From a virus (taxonomy: Duplodnaviria; Caudoviricetes), in the IMG/VR virus record IMGVR_UViG_3300037461_000559, positions 1 to 59,888 of that record: DNA of 59,888 bases. One strand, given 5' to 3'. Position 1 is the first letter of the stretch, and each line of letters begins with the position of its first letter. Of the stretch, positions 28,055 through 37,687 are shown piece after piece. Below the pieces are notes generated by a model. The model did no database searches. It worked only from the letters and a program-made list of their open reading frames with translations, and was not told the DNA's origin. The position numbers and the translations under genes were made by a program.

Positions 28055-30694
28055 ATGACGGACGTGAAATTTCAGATTAAAGACGTGACCCATAAGCCCG
28101 GTCCATTGTCTGATACGGATATGTTCCTTTTGCAAGCCCTATCGGGCTTTACATATTCCACCACGCGCGCGGACATTTTCTGTGGCATACAGAATTTGTA
28201 TGCGGCCCTGGTTCATGCTTCCCGGCACGCCAAAGGCGGGGCGGATGCCCTTTTGGCCGAAGTCCTGGGCACGGCGGAAATGGGCACGGCCAAGGTACTC
28301 AATCCTGATGGGGCTGGCGGGGTGGTATGGAATAACCTGGGCGCACCAGGCGCGCACGCGGCCACCCATGCGCGGACAGGCGGGGATCCTGTCACAATAG
28401 ACGGATTGCGTACCGATGAAACGGACGTGAACAAGGTACTCAAACCCGGCCCAGGGAACACGGTTGTTTGGGGTGCGGATGGGGGTGGTGGCGGGTATCA
28501 ACCAACCAGAGTGATTTACGTTGATCCGCAGTTCACTTCGGATGTTCCCGGGTTTCAGTATTCCACAATCCAAGCCGCGATTGCGTATGCACAGGCAAAC
28601 GTGGCAACGAAATACGAGATTGACATAGCAGCCGGGACATATACCGGATCAGATGCGGTAGTTGGCGCGGGACCATTTGAAACTCTTGAAATACGTTTCA
28701 AAGGTACGGGGATGGAACGCACCGTTGTCAATTTCAAGATTGACGGTTCTGCTGCCTCTTTGGGCAGTTTGAATATCTACGCAGAGGATTTGACTTGGCA
28801 GACAATGGAAATTGGGAATAGCCAGGGGGCTATGAATTATTATCTTACCCGGGCGCACGTCAATTCCTTGCACTTGAAAAACACTACCGGATTGGGAAGT
28901 GTTGGGCTTCATGCGGTGGATTTCCGGGTGGATGCAGCCACGCATTCGCATAGCGGAATTTATTTGACGCGGACAACGGGCACATTTACGAATGACGGAG
29001 AAGGAAGCACCCTGTACGTTAAGGAATGTGACAGCACCCAATTTGCCTTTGGTGCATACGATTCCACTATTTACATATACCCAGATAGCGTAGGATTGGG
29101 TTTTGATGGTGCCTCTTTTGTTACGTTCAACTATGTTCCCGCAACGAGTATGCTTGTGGGCACCAAGCAAGTAAATGAAGGCGCAATCGCGGACGGCAAG
29201 GTGCCTGTCTATCGCACGGCCAGCGGGAAATTGGAGTACGAAACTCCAAGCGGCGGTTCTGCCTACTACCCGGATCATACTCTTTGGGTGGATGCTGCGG
29301 CCACTCCGGTTGCCGGGAAAATCTACAACACGATTTCCGCAGCCGTGGCGTATGCCGAAACGCAGACCGGGGTTTGGCAGATTAACGTCACCCCGGGAAC
29401 ATACACGGAGGATGTTACTAGCGTTGGGCCAACCGTGATTATCATTCAGGGCGCGTGGGGTAGCCGTGGCAATTTGGGAACAAGTTACACGGAAACCTTT
29501 GCCCCGCGCATTGTTGGTTCTGTGGTAGCGTCCAACGATTCTGGAAATTACGCCACGCTACTTATTCGGGATTTGAGTATTGATGCCACGGGCAAGGAAG
29601 TGAAGGCCGATTCCCAAGCCAAGTTGAATTTACAGCGTTGTACGATTTGGGGTGCGCCTCTTAATCTTGACGGCTCCTACCCCGCAGGATTTTTGGTAGC
29701 CGACGATTGCTTGGTGGACAGCGGACCACTTCACGCGCTGTATTTGAACGGGTCCGGTGCATCGTCACGCAATTTGGTTGTCAGGAATTGCACGTTGCGG
29801 AACACCGGCACGAATCCACTTATCCGTGGTGGTGCGGATCATACCGTTTGGTTGCAGAATAACCACTACCTTACCAGCAATTCTTATGACGTGGACGATC
29901 TTACCGGCACGTCACCTATGATCAATTTGCTCGGCCCCGGCGAGAACAATCTGCGTTTCGCCAATACCGGCAGCGCGACCATTAACAGGTTCAATTCGCC
30001 AGTCGGCACCAAGACGGTTGATGAAGATTTGGGGATGCCGGATGGTGGCCCGCTTGTTTGGGATTCCGGCTCCGGCAAATACAGGGTTGGTGGATTATTC
30101 CGTCCCAGATATGCAGCCACGGGGGTTACTAGGGGTAGTGGATCGCAAATTTCAGGGGATCGCCATTCAACAATGGTGAATGCCTTGGGGGGAGTAGATG
30201 GTACTGCCATAAGTATTCCCGGTGGAACCACAGGAAACGGGTACTCCGTCAATGAAATTCTTACGATTGCTCAACCGGGGTCCGACCTGGATGCCACCGT
30301 TAAAGTTACGTCCGAAGTAATGGGCGCGATTGATGGCCTGGAATTGATTTCATCCGGTGGAAATTATTTGACCGGAAACAATATTCCTTTGACGGGAGGC
30401 CTTGGATACGGTGCGGAAATAAATGTTGGCTCTTTGATCGGTGGGGCCGTGAAAATGACTTCTACGCCTACCGTGACTCCGGCACCCTATGAAGGTTTGC
30501 AAATTGTGTTGTGGAATAAAGGGGCGGATACGGGCACCTTGACGCTACAAGATGAATCAAACCTTTCGGGATCGAAACTCAAATTGCAGGGTGGCGCGGA
30601 CGCTGTACTCGATCCTGGCGACACGCTTTCCCTGATATGGGATGAAGATTCGGATTTGTGGCGGGAAGTTTCTCGTTCAAGCAATCACGCATAG
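28055..30694 (+). CDS. Tailspike/tail fibre with two pectin-lyase-like beta-helix modules
   Basis: Duplicated YSTIQAAI..AGTY and YNTISAAV..PGTY motifs; Gly/Thr/Asn-rich. Confidence 0.75.
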   Translation: MTDVKFQIKDVTHKPGPLSDTDMFLLQALSGFTYSTTRADIFCGIQNLYAALVHASRHAKGGADALLAEVLGTAEMGTAKVLNPDGAGGVVWNNLGAPGAHAATHARTGGDPVTIDGLRTDETDVNKVLKPGPGNTVVWGADGGGGGYQPTRVIYVDPQFTSDVPGFQYSTIQAAIAYAQANVATKYEIDIAAGTYTGSDAVVGAGPFETLEIRFKGTGMERTVVNFKIDGSAASLGSLNIYAEDLTWQTMEIGNSQGAMNYYLTRAHVNSLHLKNTTGLGSVGLHAVDFRVDAATHSHSGIYLTRTTGTFTNDGEGSTLYVKECDSTQFAFGAYDSTIYIYPDSVGLGFDGASFVTFNYVPATSMLVGTKQVNEGAIADGKVPVYRTASGKLEYETPSGGSAYYPDHTLWVDAAATPVAGKIYNTISAAVAYAETQTGVWQINVTPGTYTEDVTSVGPTVIIIQGAWGSRGNLGTSYTETFAPRIVGSVVASNDSGNYATLLIRDLSIDATGKEVKADSQAKLNLQRCTIWGAPLNLDGSYPAGFLVADDCLVDSGPLHALYLNGSGASSRNLVVRNCTLRNTGTNPLIRGGADHTVWLQNNHYLTSNSYDVDDLTGTSPMINLLGPGENNLRFANTGSATINRFNSPVGTKTVDEDLGMPDGGPLVWDSGSGKYRVGGLFRPRYAATGVTRGSGSQISGDRHSTMVNALGGVDGTAISIPGGTTGNGYSVNEILTIAQPGSDLDATVKVTSEVMGAIDGLELISSGGNYLTGNNIPLTGGLGYGAEINVGSLIGGAVKMTSTPTVTPAPYEGLQIVLWNKGADTGTLTLQDESNLSGSKLKLQGGADAVLDPGDTLSLIWDEDSDLWREVSRSSNHA

Positions 30695-30706
30695 GAGGAT
30701 AGTACC

Positions 30707-30889
30707 GTGCATGAAATCCAAACCGCAGCCCAGGCCGTGAAAGACCTGAATGCGTTACAGACCGTGGCGGTCATTGTGATCGCCGTTGCCGTGGCATGGT
30801 TGGTGCCGTCCCCGGCGCATAACCTGATTGTCAAGGTACTCAAGGCCCTTTTGAATGCCCTGAAAAAGCGGGGCAAAGGTAAGAAATAA
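30707..30889 (+). CDS. Small membrane protein (holin candidate)
   Basis: One hydrophobic helix, basic C-terminus, AGGAGG RBS. Confidence 0.5.
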   Translation: MHEIQTAAQAVKDLNALQTVAVIVIAVAVAWLVPSPAHNLIVKVLKALLNALKKRGKGKK

Positions 30890-31470
30890 TGCCCTACGCT
30901 TACCTGGATGTTGCCCGTAACGTGATCACCACGCGCGAAATGCCCGTGGCCATGGAAACGGTGCAAACAGAATTTCCGGCCGTGGTTGTCCGGATAGACG
31001 ATGCTCCGGATGGACTATGGTGCCTGGAAAATTGTACGGCGGAAAACGTGCAGCATCACAGGATGAAAGAGGGTATGCCTGGCCAGGCCCAGGACGATTA
31101 TGAAGTGGTCGAATATCTGGACCTGCTGAAAGCCAAGCGGATTGCAGAAGTTACCTTGAAGAATGAAGAATTGTTCAACAAGGGGGCCCTGTTTGATGGC
31201 AAGCGATTTGCCATTACCAAAGACGATCATGCGGGCTGGCTTGCCATTGTGATGGTAAAAGATTCGTTGATCTATCCGTACCAAGTCTATACAATAAATC
31301 CACCCGAGCCGTACCTGTTACCCGATGCCAATGCGGTAGTAGGCCTGGTTTTCGGGGTATTGTTTCCCCGCTGCACCGAAATTTACGCAACGGGCCAAGT
31401 GATAGACAACGAATTGATGGCGGCGACAAGTAAAGCGGAAATTGACGCGATCATAGATACCAGGGAGTAA
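30889..31470 (+). CDS. Tail fibre assembly-like protein (DUF4376-like)
   Basis: LKAKRIAEV.. and AATSKAEIDAI ending; position. Confidence 0.6.
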   Translation: MPYAYLDVARNVITTREMPVAMETVQTEFPAVVVRIDDAPDGLWCLENCTAENVQHHRMKEGMPGQAQDDYEVVEYLDLLKAKRIAEVTLKNEELFNKGALFDGKRFAITKDDHAGWLAIVMVKDSLIYPYQVYTINPPEPYLLPDANAVVGLVFGVLFPRCTEIYATGQVIDNELMAATSKAEIDAIIDTRE

Positions 31471-31475
31471 CGCCC

Positions 31476-32111
31476 ATGGCCGGTAGAGTAGATAATCACG
31501 ATCAAAATGGCCTTGCCTGGGTAGGCAATCCGTCCTTAAAACTTGCTGCTACCACGATGGATGCCCGCTGGCTAAACGACAAGCAAGAAGAAATCGTGAA
31601 ATACGTTGAAGCGGCAGGGATCGCACCAAGTCTTTCCAACAACGAGCAAGTCAAAGCGGCCACCCAGATTTTCATTCAACGCCGGCAAGGGTATCTAGTA
31701 TTGCCTGGTTCTGCCTTTCATGGGCATCCGGACGGCAACATAAGCCATACGTCTTTTTACATTACTCCCAGTCTGGCAAACCAGATTTTTCAGTATGGCC
31801 GTTGTGGATTTCAGTTACCCATTGGCACCACGATCAAATCTTTTACTATTTGGGGCTATACAGCATCAGATCCAAATTACGATGTGATAGTCAACATGGT
31901 TGCCGTGTATATTCCTACTGGGGCTAGTGTTCTAATGGCCAGTTTGGAAATTGTAGCCGGGGCTACAACGGCGACAACATCCACGATCACTTTGCCTAGA
32001 ATCGAAAGAAACTGGGCATATAATTTCGTGGTTATGCTGAAAGCCAAAAACGGGCAACCCATAACGAATGCGCGATTTTACGGATTGCGGTTAGCCCTGG
32101 CAGAAGTCTGA
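31476..32111 (+). CDS. Short tail fibre paralogue 1
   Basis: ATTMDARWLNDKQEEIVKYVEAAGIAP (Mu-type fibre baseplate-anchor motif). Confidence 0.75.
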   Translation: MAGRVDNHDQNGLAWVGNPSLKLAATTMDARWLNDKQEEIVKYVEAAGIAPSLSNNEQVKAATQIFIQRRQGYLVLPGSAFHGHPDGNISHTSFYITPSLANQIFQYGRCGFQLPIGTTIKSFTIWGYTASDPNYDVIVNMVAVYIPTGASVLMASLEIVAGATTATTSTITLPRIERNWAYNFVVMLKAKNGQPITNARFYGLRLALAEV

Positions 32112-32127
32112 TAGGAAAGGGATTATC

Positions 32128-32778
32128 ATGGCGGGCAGAACGACCGGGCACAACCACTTGAACAACCGTTTTACGGATGGCAACCCTGGCCAGGGGGTCA
32201 TGCCTACCGTTATTGACGCAGCGTGGTTGAACGATAAACAGGAAGAAATTGTCAAGATGGTGGAAGCCGCCGGCATTACACCGGACATTGACACCCAATC
32301 TCAATTACTGGATGCGGTAAAGCATTTTATCGCCACGGAAAATGAAGGCGGGAAATCCTATTCGGCTTCCGACATAATGAATCTCTATACCGCCGGGGTG
32401 GTTGCAAATCCGTTGGACAATACCGGAGCCGCAGCCAAACCCGTCACAGCGGATGGAAACTTTGATCGCGGAATTGTTCCCTTGCATTTTATGATGGACG
32501 CGAAACTATCCAAGATCACGGTCTATGGCTCTACGGGCGCGGCCGATGGCGCAATTTCCGTGAATTTCAGCCGGATCAACGTGGCAACAGGAGCCACGGA
32601 TTATCTTGGTGGAGCCAATCTGACAGCGGGGGAAACATCAGAAGAATTCGTGCCGGCCGTGGCCTATTCCACGGTGAATTTTAACTATATGTACCTAGCC
32701 ACGGTGGAATGCAAGGCGTCTGTTTCCGTGAACAATGCTATTTTCTACGGTTTCAAAGTAGAATTAGCGTATCCATGA
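32128..32778 (+). CDS. Short tail fibre paralogue 2
   Basis: FTDGNP..PTVIDAAWLNDKQEEIVKMVEAAGITP..QLLDA. Confidence 0.8.
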   Translation: MAGRTTGHNHLNNRFTDGNPGQGVMPTVIDAAWLNDKQEEIVKMVEAAGITPDIDTQSQLLDAVKHFIATENEGGKSYSASDIMNLYTAGVVANPLDNTGAAAKPVTADGNFDRGIVPLHFMMDAKLSKITVYGSTGAADGAISVNFSRINVATGATDYLGGANLTAGETSEEFVPAVAYSTVNFNYMYLATVECKASVSVNNAIFYGFKVELAYP

Positions 32779-32793
32779 TAGGAGGATTTTGAC

Positions 32794-33456
32794 ATGGCGA
32801 CTAGGACTGATGCAGAAGGCAACGTGGGGGGAATGTTTTTTAACGGCAATCCCGCTCTGGGTGAACCGGCCACGGTGATCGACGACAAGTGGCTGAATGA
32901 CAAACAGGAAGAAATTGTCAAGACGGTGGAAGCCGCTGGGTTTTCCCCAGCGGATACCCAGCCGCAGCTTCTTGAGGCAATCCGGTACTTCATTCTCACG
33001 CGGAATGAAGGCCAACAATGGGCCGGCCCTGGTGAAATGCGCGCGGTGCAGGGCTTAACAGCCCCGCAGCTGATTTACGCTTCCAGCCCGCCTACCCAGT
33101 GGTATCTCCGTGCTTCTGCCACGGGCGCGGCGCAATCCGGGGTCATTCCGATCATCATGCCGCTCAACGCCCGTATTTCCAAGGTTACGGTGTACGGCTT
33201 GACGGGTGCGGTGGATGGGACCGTAACCGCCGTTGTCTATAAGGCGGTGCTGACCGCTGGGAATATGGACAATGCGCCGGTTGCCACGGTCACTCTTTCT
33301 GCGGGGGAAACTTCGGATTTCGCCGTTCCCGGCGACACGGTGAAGGCAACGCAGAGTTTGGGCGCGCAGTTTTTGGTGTATGTTTCCGTTCAAGCGGCAA
33401 CCGCTGTGGCCAATGCTCTGTTTTACGGGGTTCGGTTCGACATAGTATATCCGTAA
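32794..33456 (+). CDS. Short tail fibre paralogue 3
   Basis: FFNGNP..ATVIDDKWLNDKQEEIVKTVEAAG..QLLEAI. Confidence 0.8.
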   Translation: MATRTDAEGNVGGMFFNGNPALGEPATVIDDKWLNDKQEEIVKTVEAAGFSPADTQPQLLEAIRYFILTRNEGQQWAGPGEMRAVQGLTAPQLIYASSPPTQWYLRASATGAAQSGVIPIIMPLNARISKVTVYGLTGAVDGTVTAVVYKAVLTAGNMDNAPVATVTLSAGETSDFAVPGDTVKATQSLGAQFLVYVSVQAATAVANALFYGVRFDIVYP

Positions 33457-33618
33457 TTATACCGAAAGGAATTCCGGGCAGATGGTACTAGGGTTGGTTT
33501 CCTTGGCATTGGTTGGACACCACCCTGCGGCCGGCTGCGCAAGTGGCCGGGGCCGTGGAACGCCGCCGCGTCATGCTGGGGTGCTGGCCCTGGTATCATT
33601 TGCCCGGTATTTACACCA

Positions 33619-33951
33619 ATGAACGAAGATCAAATCGCACAAATATTCGGATCCCTTGGCGAAATCCGTGGTGAATTGAAAGGGATGAACAAGGCCATGG
33701 CTGACCTGACCATCAGCGTGGACCGGGTAAATACCAATGTTAAAGCCACCGGAGAATCCCTGGCAAGCGTGGAAACCCGCACGGAACGGCTTGAATCCGA
33801 TTTCATTAACCTGCGGGCTGCCATGCCCCATCCCAAAAAGGCGGGTTCAATTTGGCGCGAACGGGGTGCCTTTGCAAGCATTGGGGTTGGGCTTGGCGCG
33901 GCGATAGCCGAAATCCTTGCCAGGATTTTTTCGGGTGGCGGGCCGAAATAG
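33619..33951 (+). CDS. Coiled-coil protein with C-terminal hydrophobic helix (holin/antiholin-like)
   Basis: Heptad N-terminus; GAFASIGVGLGAAIAEILARIF. Confidence 0.55.
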   Translation: MNEDQIAQIFGSLGEIRGELKGMNKAMADLTISVDRVNTNVKATGESLASVETRTERLESDFINLRAAMPHPKKAGSIWRERGAFASIGVGLGAAIAEILARIFSGGGPK

Positions 33952-33953
33952 TC

Positions 33954-33983
33954 TTGACAACGGACCAGGGCCCGTGGTAACAT
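33954..33983 (+). promoter_or_regulatory. Promoter TTGACA-18-TAACAT (extended -10) of the replication operon
   Basis: Hexamers read directly; upstream of 34020. Confidence 0.7.
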
Positions 33984-34019
33984 AAGCGCAGTTTTGAAAA
34001 ACGGAAAGGGGAAACGGTA

Positions 34020-34280
34020 ATGGTTGACGAAACTACTCCCACCCAAGAAACTCCCAGAAAACGTGGCGGCGGACCCCGGCTGACGGTCGAACAGAAAGTG
34101 GCGCGCTGCGACGAAAAAGAAGCCAGTATTCGCAAGTCCATCGAATCCCTGCAAAAGCGGCTTGAGGATCTTTTCGTTGAACGGAAACGGCTAGGTGGCG
34201 AAAAGGAACGTAAAGCCGAAATCGAACGAATCAAAAAGGATGCTGCACGGCGAATTGCGGAATTGAAAAACCGCGCCTAG
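34020..34280 (+). CDS. Basic coiled-coil hypothetical protein
   Basis: Strong RBS; first ORF after the promoter. Confidence 0.75.
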   Translation: MVDETTPTQETPRKRGGGPRLTVEQKVARCDEKEASIRKSIESLQKRLEDLFVERKRLGGEKERKAEIERIKKDAARRIAELKNRA

Positions 34281-34293
34281 TAGGCATCCGGCC

Positions 34294-35766
34294 ATGATCC
34301 TTGACGGGTACGAATTCCGTACAGACCCTTACGCCCATCAGGTAACGGCCTGGCAATCAGGCCGCGACCGGCAATTCTACGGCTATTTCATGGAAATGGG
34401 CTGCGGAAAAAGTAAGGTGCTGCTGGACGATTTCCTGTGGAACGTGGAACGTGGCCGCGTGGATACCCTTTTCATCTTGGCTCCCAACGGGGTACAGCGA
34501 AATTGGGTGCGGAACGAAATCCCGGCTCACCTGCCAGACAGAATCAGGCCTACCATCCTACTTTGGACCAACAAGAACACGAAAAAGGTTGAACAAGAGC
34601 AAAACGCTTTCCTGGTTTCGGGCGGAATCCGGATCTTCGCCATGAACGTGGAAGCCATGGGCACGGAAAAGGGCAAGATTTTTGCCCAGCGGGTTTTGCG
34701 CACGGGCAAGGCCATGTGGGCCATTGACGAAAGCACCAAGATCAAAACCCCGGGCGCAAAAAGGACACAAACCATCATCCGCATGGCCGACCTGGCTTTG
34801 CTGCGCCGTATTCTGACCGGCACGCCCGTCACCCAGGGCCCGTTTGACCTGTATTCCCAATTCGGATTCCTAAACAAAGCCGTGATAGGGTTCACGTCCT
34901 ACACGGCTTTCAAACAGTTTTACGGGAAATGGGAAACGAATTATGTGGGATACGGGAGAACATACGAAAGTCTGATAAGTTACCGTAACCTGGAAGAATT
35001 GAAAGCGAAAATTGAGCCGCACCACTTCCGGATAACGAAAAGCGAATGCCTGGATCTTCCGGAAAAGGTGTACGAGCGCAGATACGTTGAAATGTGGCCA
35101 GAGCAGCGGGAATTGTATGGGCTATTCCGCGAACGCGCGATTGTGGAAATAAACCAGGACAAGACCATAAACATGGCGAACGTCTTGGTGAAACTGATGC
35201 GGTTACAGCAGGTTGTTGGCGGGTTTATGCCGGATTCGGATGCGGATGAAAAATTCGATTGCCCCATCCCCAACAAATCAAAAGACCAAACAAGAATTGC
35301 AACGGTGCTGGACATTATCCAAGAAAGCAACGGGAAAGTGATTATCTGGGCCAGGTTTATTCCGGAAATCAAGGCCTTGGCAGATGCGATCAAAGACGAA
35401 TTTGGAAGCCCAACCGTTGTGGAATACCACGGGGCCATAGACAACGAAAAACGGGTCCAGGCGGTTGCCGCGTTTCAGGATCCAAATAGCGAAGTGCGGT
35501 TTTTCTTGGGCACCCCGCACAGCGGGGGAATGGGTTTGACCTTGACCGCTGCGAACACCGTGATTTTCTATTCTAACGATTTTTCCTTGGAAACAAGGTT
35601 ACAAGCGGAGGATCGCTGCCACCGGATAGGCACCACCAACAAGGTAACATATTTTGATCTGGAAGCCGTAAATACCATTGACGAGAAGGTTGTTGGGGCC
35701 TTACGATCAAAACGCAACATGGCCGATTATATCCTTGATGAAATCAGGAAAGGGGGCTGGCTATAA
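34294..35766 (+). CDS. SNF2-like (SF2) helicase
   Basis: MEMGCGKS, IDESTKIK, LTGTP, GGMGLTL, QAEDRCHRIG. Confidence 0.94.
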   Translation: MILDGYEFRTDPYAHQVTAWQSGRDRQFYGYFMEMGCGKSKVLLDDFLWNVERGRVDTLFILAPNGVQRNWVRNEIPAHLPDRIRPTILLWTNKNTKKVEQEQNAFLVSGGIRIFAMNVEAMGTEKGKIFAQRVLRTGKAMWAIDESTKIKTPGAKRTQTIIRMADLALLRRILTGTPVTQGPFDLYSQFGFLNKAVIGFTSYTAFKQFYGKWETNYVGYGRTYESLISYRNLEELKAKIEPHHFRITKSECLDLPEKVYERRYVEMWPEQRELYGLFRERAIVEINQDKTINMANVLVKLMRLQQVVGGFMPDSDADEKFDCPIPNKSKDQTRIATVLDIIQESNGKVIIWARFIPEIKALADAIKDEFGSPTVVEYHGAIDNEKRVQAVAAFQDPNSEVRFFLGTPHSGGMGLTLTAANTVIFYSNDFSLETRLQAEDRCHRIGTTNKVTYFDLEAVNTIDEKVVGALRSKRNMADYILDEIRKGGWL

Positions 35767-36143
35767 TGCCGCGCACCTTTATTGCCCACGACCAATTACG
35801 GAAAGGCCGGGACAACGGCGGCATGGTGCAAGCCATGGATACCCGTTCCGCAGAACGGTGGGGCCCCAGGATCGTTGTGTTTCAGGATGCGGATGCGTTC
35901 TTGACCCCGGAAGCACAATGGGATTTGGCAAACGAGAAATTGGCGGATTTTACCGTTGACGATTATTTGGTTTGCGTTGGGGCTCCGGACGTGATTTCCC
36001 TTCTGACCGTTGCGGCGGCACAGAAAGTGGGAATGACAAAACTAAACCTTCTGGTTTGGAACAAATACGAAAACAGGTACACCGAAAAAACCTTGATCTT
36101 TGGAGGAACCAATGGCAGAGAACATGGAAAAACTACTGATTGA
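35766..36143 (+). CDS. Hypothetical protein
   Basis: TAATG coupling with the helicase. Confidence 0.75.
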   Translation: MPRTFIAHDQLRKGRDNGGMVQAMDTRSAERWGPRIVVFQDADAFLTPEAQWDLANEKLADFTVDDYLVCVGAPDVISLLTVAAAQKVGMTKLNLLVWNKYENRYTEKTLIFGGTNGREHGKTTD

Positions 36144-36684
36144 CGATGCCGGAAAACCGATGCCCGGGGCCTCTGACGTGCTCTGCACGCTTGTCAAACT
36201 CTGTGACCAGGCAAAACAAGCCGAAGCGGAAATCAAAGACCAGGAAGCAAAATTGGCCAGGTTGACGGAAGAATACCGGGCCCTTATTGATGATCGCATT
36301 CCTGACATGATGGCGTCTTTGGGAGTGTCCACGATCACGCTGGCTTCCGGGGATTCTGTGAAAATCAAACAAGTCATTTCCGCAAGCATTCCAAAAGACG
36401 CAGAAAAGAAAGCGGAAGCCCTGGAATATATCCGTTCTACTGGGGACGGGGAATCGTTGATCAAAACGAAAGTGGAGGTTTTGTTTGGCAAAGGTGAAGG
36501 GGCTGCCGCCCAAGGTTTGATTGACTTGGTGAAACAGCGCGGGGACCGTTTTTCCTGGGACACGTCCATTCATGCGCAGACCCTTTCCGCATGGGTGCGG
36601 GAACGGCTTGAACAGGGATTGCCCATTGACCAGGAAAAATTGAATCTTTTTATTCTCAACCGTGCCGAGATCAAAAGAAAGTAA
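36112..36684 (+). CDS. Replication-module hypothetical protein
   Basis: GGAGGA RBS; IPDMMASLG..IHAQTLSAWVRE. Confidence 0.8.
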   Translation: MAENMEKLLIDDAGKPMPGASDVLCTLVKLCDQAKQAEAEIKDQEAKLARLTEEYRALIDDRIPDMMASLGVSTITLASGDSVKIKQVISASIPKDAEKKAEALEYIRSTGDGESLIKTKVEVLFGKGEGAAAQGLIDLVKQRGDRFSWDTSIHAQTLSAWVRERLEQGLPIDQEKLNLFILNRAEIKRK

Positions 36685-36703
36685 AACGAGAAAGGCGGAA
36701 ATT

Positions 36704-37687
36704 ATGGCTACTCGCAGGACTTCTACCCCCGTTCCGGAACAAAGTTTGCCGGGTGTCGCGCCAACGGCCGGCGCACCTATCCCCCAGGCGCAGCCCGTGG
36801 CGATCCAGCCCCCGGCCCCGGCTGCGGAGCCCCAGGCCCCCGTTGCGGCTCCCCAGGCCCCGGCTGCGGAGCCCCAGGCGGCTCCCCAGGCCCCCGAAAC
36901 CACGGCCCTGGCCACGCGGCCGGATGCCCCCCTGGCCGTGGCTGAAACCGAAATGGAAGCCATGCTGGCAGAAGATGCCGGCCAGGGATCCGAAAACATT
37001 GGGATTGAGGACATTGACGTTCCCTTTCTGCGGCTTCTCCAAGACAATTCCCCGGCCGTGAAGGCGGGATCCCGCAACGTGGATGGTGCCAAGGCCGGCC
37101 TTTACATGGACGGCACAAGTTTTTCGGTGCTGGGGGACCAAATTCTGGTGATTCCCTGCTTCTACCGCCGCGTGGCGGTGGAGTGGAAACCGGATCGCGG
37201 TGGGTACGTTGCAACGCACCCCATTTCCTATATCAAAACGAGTGGCGCGCCCCAGGATGCCAGGGGCAATTTCACCCTGCCGACCGGGAATTACCTGGCA
37301 GACACCCGCGAATTCTTTGTCATGGTCATGCGGGGCCCGGAATGGGTGCCGATGCGGATTCCTCTTTCCGGCACAGCGTCCAAAACGGCGCGCCAATGGG
37401 TTTCCATGTGGCTGACCTATCGCAAAACCTTGGCAAACGGCCAAACGATTCAACCGGCCATGTATGCCAGGATTTACGTCTTGACCACCAGATTGGCCAC
37501 GAACAAAAAAGGCGATCAGTGGTATGTTCCCGTGGTGGAAGCCGGGGACGATATTAACCATCCTGGCCTTTACAAAATGGCCAAGGCCTTTGGGGAATTC
37601 TCCGCGAACCATGAGCACGCTTTCGGCGGATTTGACCTTGAAGGCGCGGAGCCGGGGCCGATTGACGGGTCTGACAACGGAATGTGA
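36704..37687 (+). CDS. Putative single-stranded DNA-binding protein with Pro/Ala/Gln-rich N-terminus
   Basis: DIDVPFLRLLQDNSP..GAKAG; acidic C-terminal tail; position before primase. Confidence 0.6.
   Translation: MATRRTSTPVPEQSLPGVAPTAGAPIPQAQPVAIQPPAPAAEPQAPVAAPQAPAAEPQAAPQAPETTALATRPDAPLAVAETEMEAMLAEDAGQGSENIGIEDIDVPFLRLLQDNSPAVKAGSRNVDGAKAGLYMDGTSFSVLGDQILVIPCFYRRVAVEWKPDRGGYVATHPISYIKTSGAPQDARGNFTLPTGNYLADTREFFVMVMRGPEWVPMRIPLSGTASKTARQWVSMWLTYRKTLANGQTIQPAMYARIYVLTTRLATNKKGDQWYVPVVEAGDDINHPGLYKMAKAFGEFSANHEHAFGGFDLEGAEPGPIDGSDNGM

Noticed and set aside
31476-33456. Diversity-generating retroelement or invertible fibre cassette
   Set aside because: No reverse transcriptase, invertase, adenine-specific TR/VR pair or inverted gene copies
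33457-33618. Possible ncRNA after the fibre genes
   Set aside because: Only short imperfect hairpins; no recognisable family or repeated structure
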